DNA from: an uncultured Gammaproteobacteria bacterium
GTDB lineage: Bacteria; Patescibacteriota; Patescibacteriia; UBA2591; UBA6264
Length of the DNA stretch: 7,140 nucleotides
Direction: 5' to 3'
Assembly: GCA_964617525.1 (NCBI GenBank)
Contig: CAZTWG010000029.1
Span: 1 to 7,140 of the forward strand
Each line of letters starts with the position of its first letter. Positions within the stretch are counted from its first letter, which is position 1. The notes below the pieces were generated by a model that was not told the DNA's origin, did not search any database, and saw nothing but the letters and a program-made list of their open reading frames with translations. Below are positions 6,346-7,140 of this stretch, one piece after another. The position numbers and the translations under genes are program-made.

Positions 6346-7140
6346 TTATTTTTTAGAAGAAGTAATTTGAGCTTTAGTTAACAAACCATTTTGAGCTCCA
6401 ATAATACTAATAACAGAAGCACTGTTCCTAACGCCCCAAATCAATGCCTGTCTAATGTCTTTTGGTTTATAAAATAAGCTAGCCACAAAACCAGAAGAGA
6501 AAGAATCGCCTGCTCCAGTAATATTAACTACTTTCGATGGCCATGGTCTCTGAAAATAAAACTTATGTCCATCATAGGCATAAGCTCCCTTTTTACCAAC
6601 AGTAATAACAACTATTTTAGGTCCCATTTGATGGACAATTTTAATTAAATTTCTCACACTAAAATCTTTGATTTTTTGAGCTGAAAGCACTAATTCACGA
6701 GCCTCATCTTCGTTGAAAATTAAAACATCTAACTTTTTTAACCAAGGAGATAATTTTTTAGCCCCTGCTTTTAGTTGGACGTTGGCTGGGTTCCATGCAA
6801 ATTTAACTCCTGATTCTTTTAATTTAAAAATTCTATCTAAAATATCTGGCCAATTTGGACAACTTAAAGAAGAAATGTAAGCCCATTTGGTTTTAAAATT
6901 CAAACTTGGCATTTTCAAGATATCGCTAGTGCCACGATAAGCAAAAATTGTCTGAGCCCTTTTCACTCCTTTTATACTTAGAATGAATGTAAATCCTGTG
7001 CTAACCCTTTTGTCTCTTTCTATAAAATCAGTATCAACTCTACGCTTTTGAGCGGTCTTGACTAAAGAATCTCCTTCGCGGTCATTGCCAACCCTAGCGA
7101 TTAAAGCTGTTTTTAGCCCCAAAGAGGAAAAACCCGTTGC
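6346..7140 (-). CDS. PfkB-family carbohydrate (ribokinase-like) kinase; the 5' end lies beyond the right edge
   Basis: The track's 'M' at 7122 is a TTG codon, and the frame stays open to base 7140 (...ATGFSSLGLKTALIARVGNDREGD), matching the PfkB N-terminal region just after the GG/GGKGAN motif, so the true start is off-window. The C-terminal signature VVNITGAGDSFSSGFVASL (the PfkB DTxGAGD anion-hole motif) is present. The specific substrate cannot be assigned from the sequence. Confidence 0.85.
   Translation of the reverse strand, partial: ATGFSSLGLKTALIARVGNDREGDSLVKTAQKRRVDTDFIERDKRVSTGFTFILSIKGVKRAQTIFAYRGTSDILKMPSLNFKTKWAYISSLSCPNWPDILDRIFKLKESGVKFAWNPANVQLKAGAKKLSPWLKKLDVLIFNEDEARELVLSAQKIKDFSVRNLIKIVHQMGPKIVVITVGKKGAYAYDGHKFYFQRPWPSKVVNITGAGDSFSSGFVASLFYKPKDIRQALIWGVRNSASVISIIGAQNGLLTKAQITSSKK

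Noticed and set aside
1-7140. Mobile element, genomic island, CRISPR array, defence or toxin-antitoxin system, or tRNA/rRNA genes.
   Set aside because: I saw no transposase, integrase or recombinase-like ORF and no terminal inverted or long direct repeats. There are no spaced short repeat arrays, no compositional discontinuity, and no non-coding gap long enough for a tRNA apart from 3018..3132, which lacks cloverleaf potential. Every sizeable ORF has a confident housekeeping family assignment.

Overview
The window is low-GC and densely packed. It holds eight co-directional protein-coding genes, all on the minus strand, separated by gaps of 5 to 115 nt. In transcription order (right to left) they are: a PfkB-family sugar kinase (5' end off the right edge), a PduL-type phosphotransacylase, a family-2 glycosyltransferase with a membrane-anchored C-terminus, a small MBL-fold hydrolase, D-Ala-D-Ala ligase, a family-4 (Fe-S) uracil-DNA glycosylase, a cytoplasmic Cys-type FdhF-like molybdopterin formate dehydrogenase, and the N-terminal 165 codons of a GT4 glycosyltransferase that runs off the left edge and is absent from the ORF track. 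The one sizeable non-coding gap (3018..3132) carries a clear 12-bp hairpin terminator and a candidate promoter. All calls rest on motif recognition from memory; no searches were run. K/I/N-rich proteins, tiny gaps, missing Shine-Dalgarno sites and mixed housekeeping content suggest a streamlined, fermentative, possibly CPR/Patescibacteria-like bacterium, but that is inference only. I see no RNA genes, CRISPR array, transposase or integrase, long repeats, toxin-antitoxin or defence-like genes, recoding, or orphan ORFs of unknown function. I therefore do not find a convincing undescribed system; this looks like ordinary core-genome sequence. Four modest leads remain: the partner-less FdhF-like molybdoenzyme, SD-less starts with a recurrent AATAATT heptamer, a PduL without an encapsulation peptide that is tightly paired with a PfkB kinase, and ddl sitting outside any mur/dcw context.
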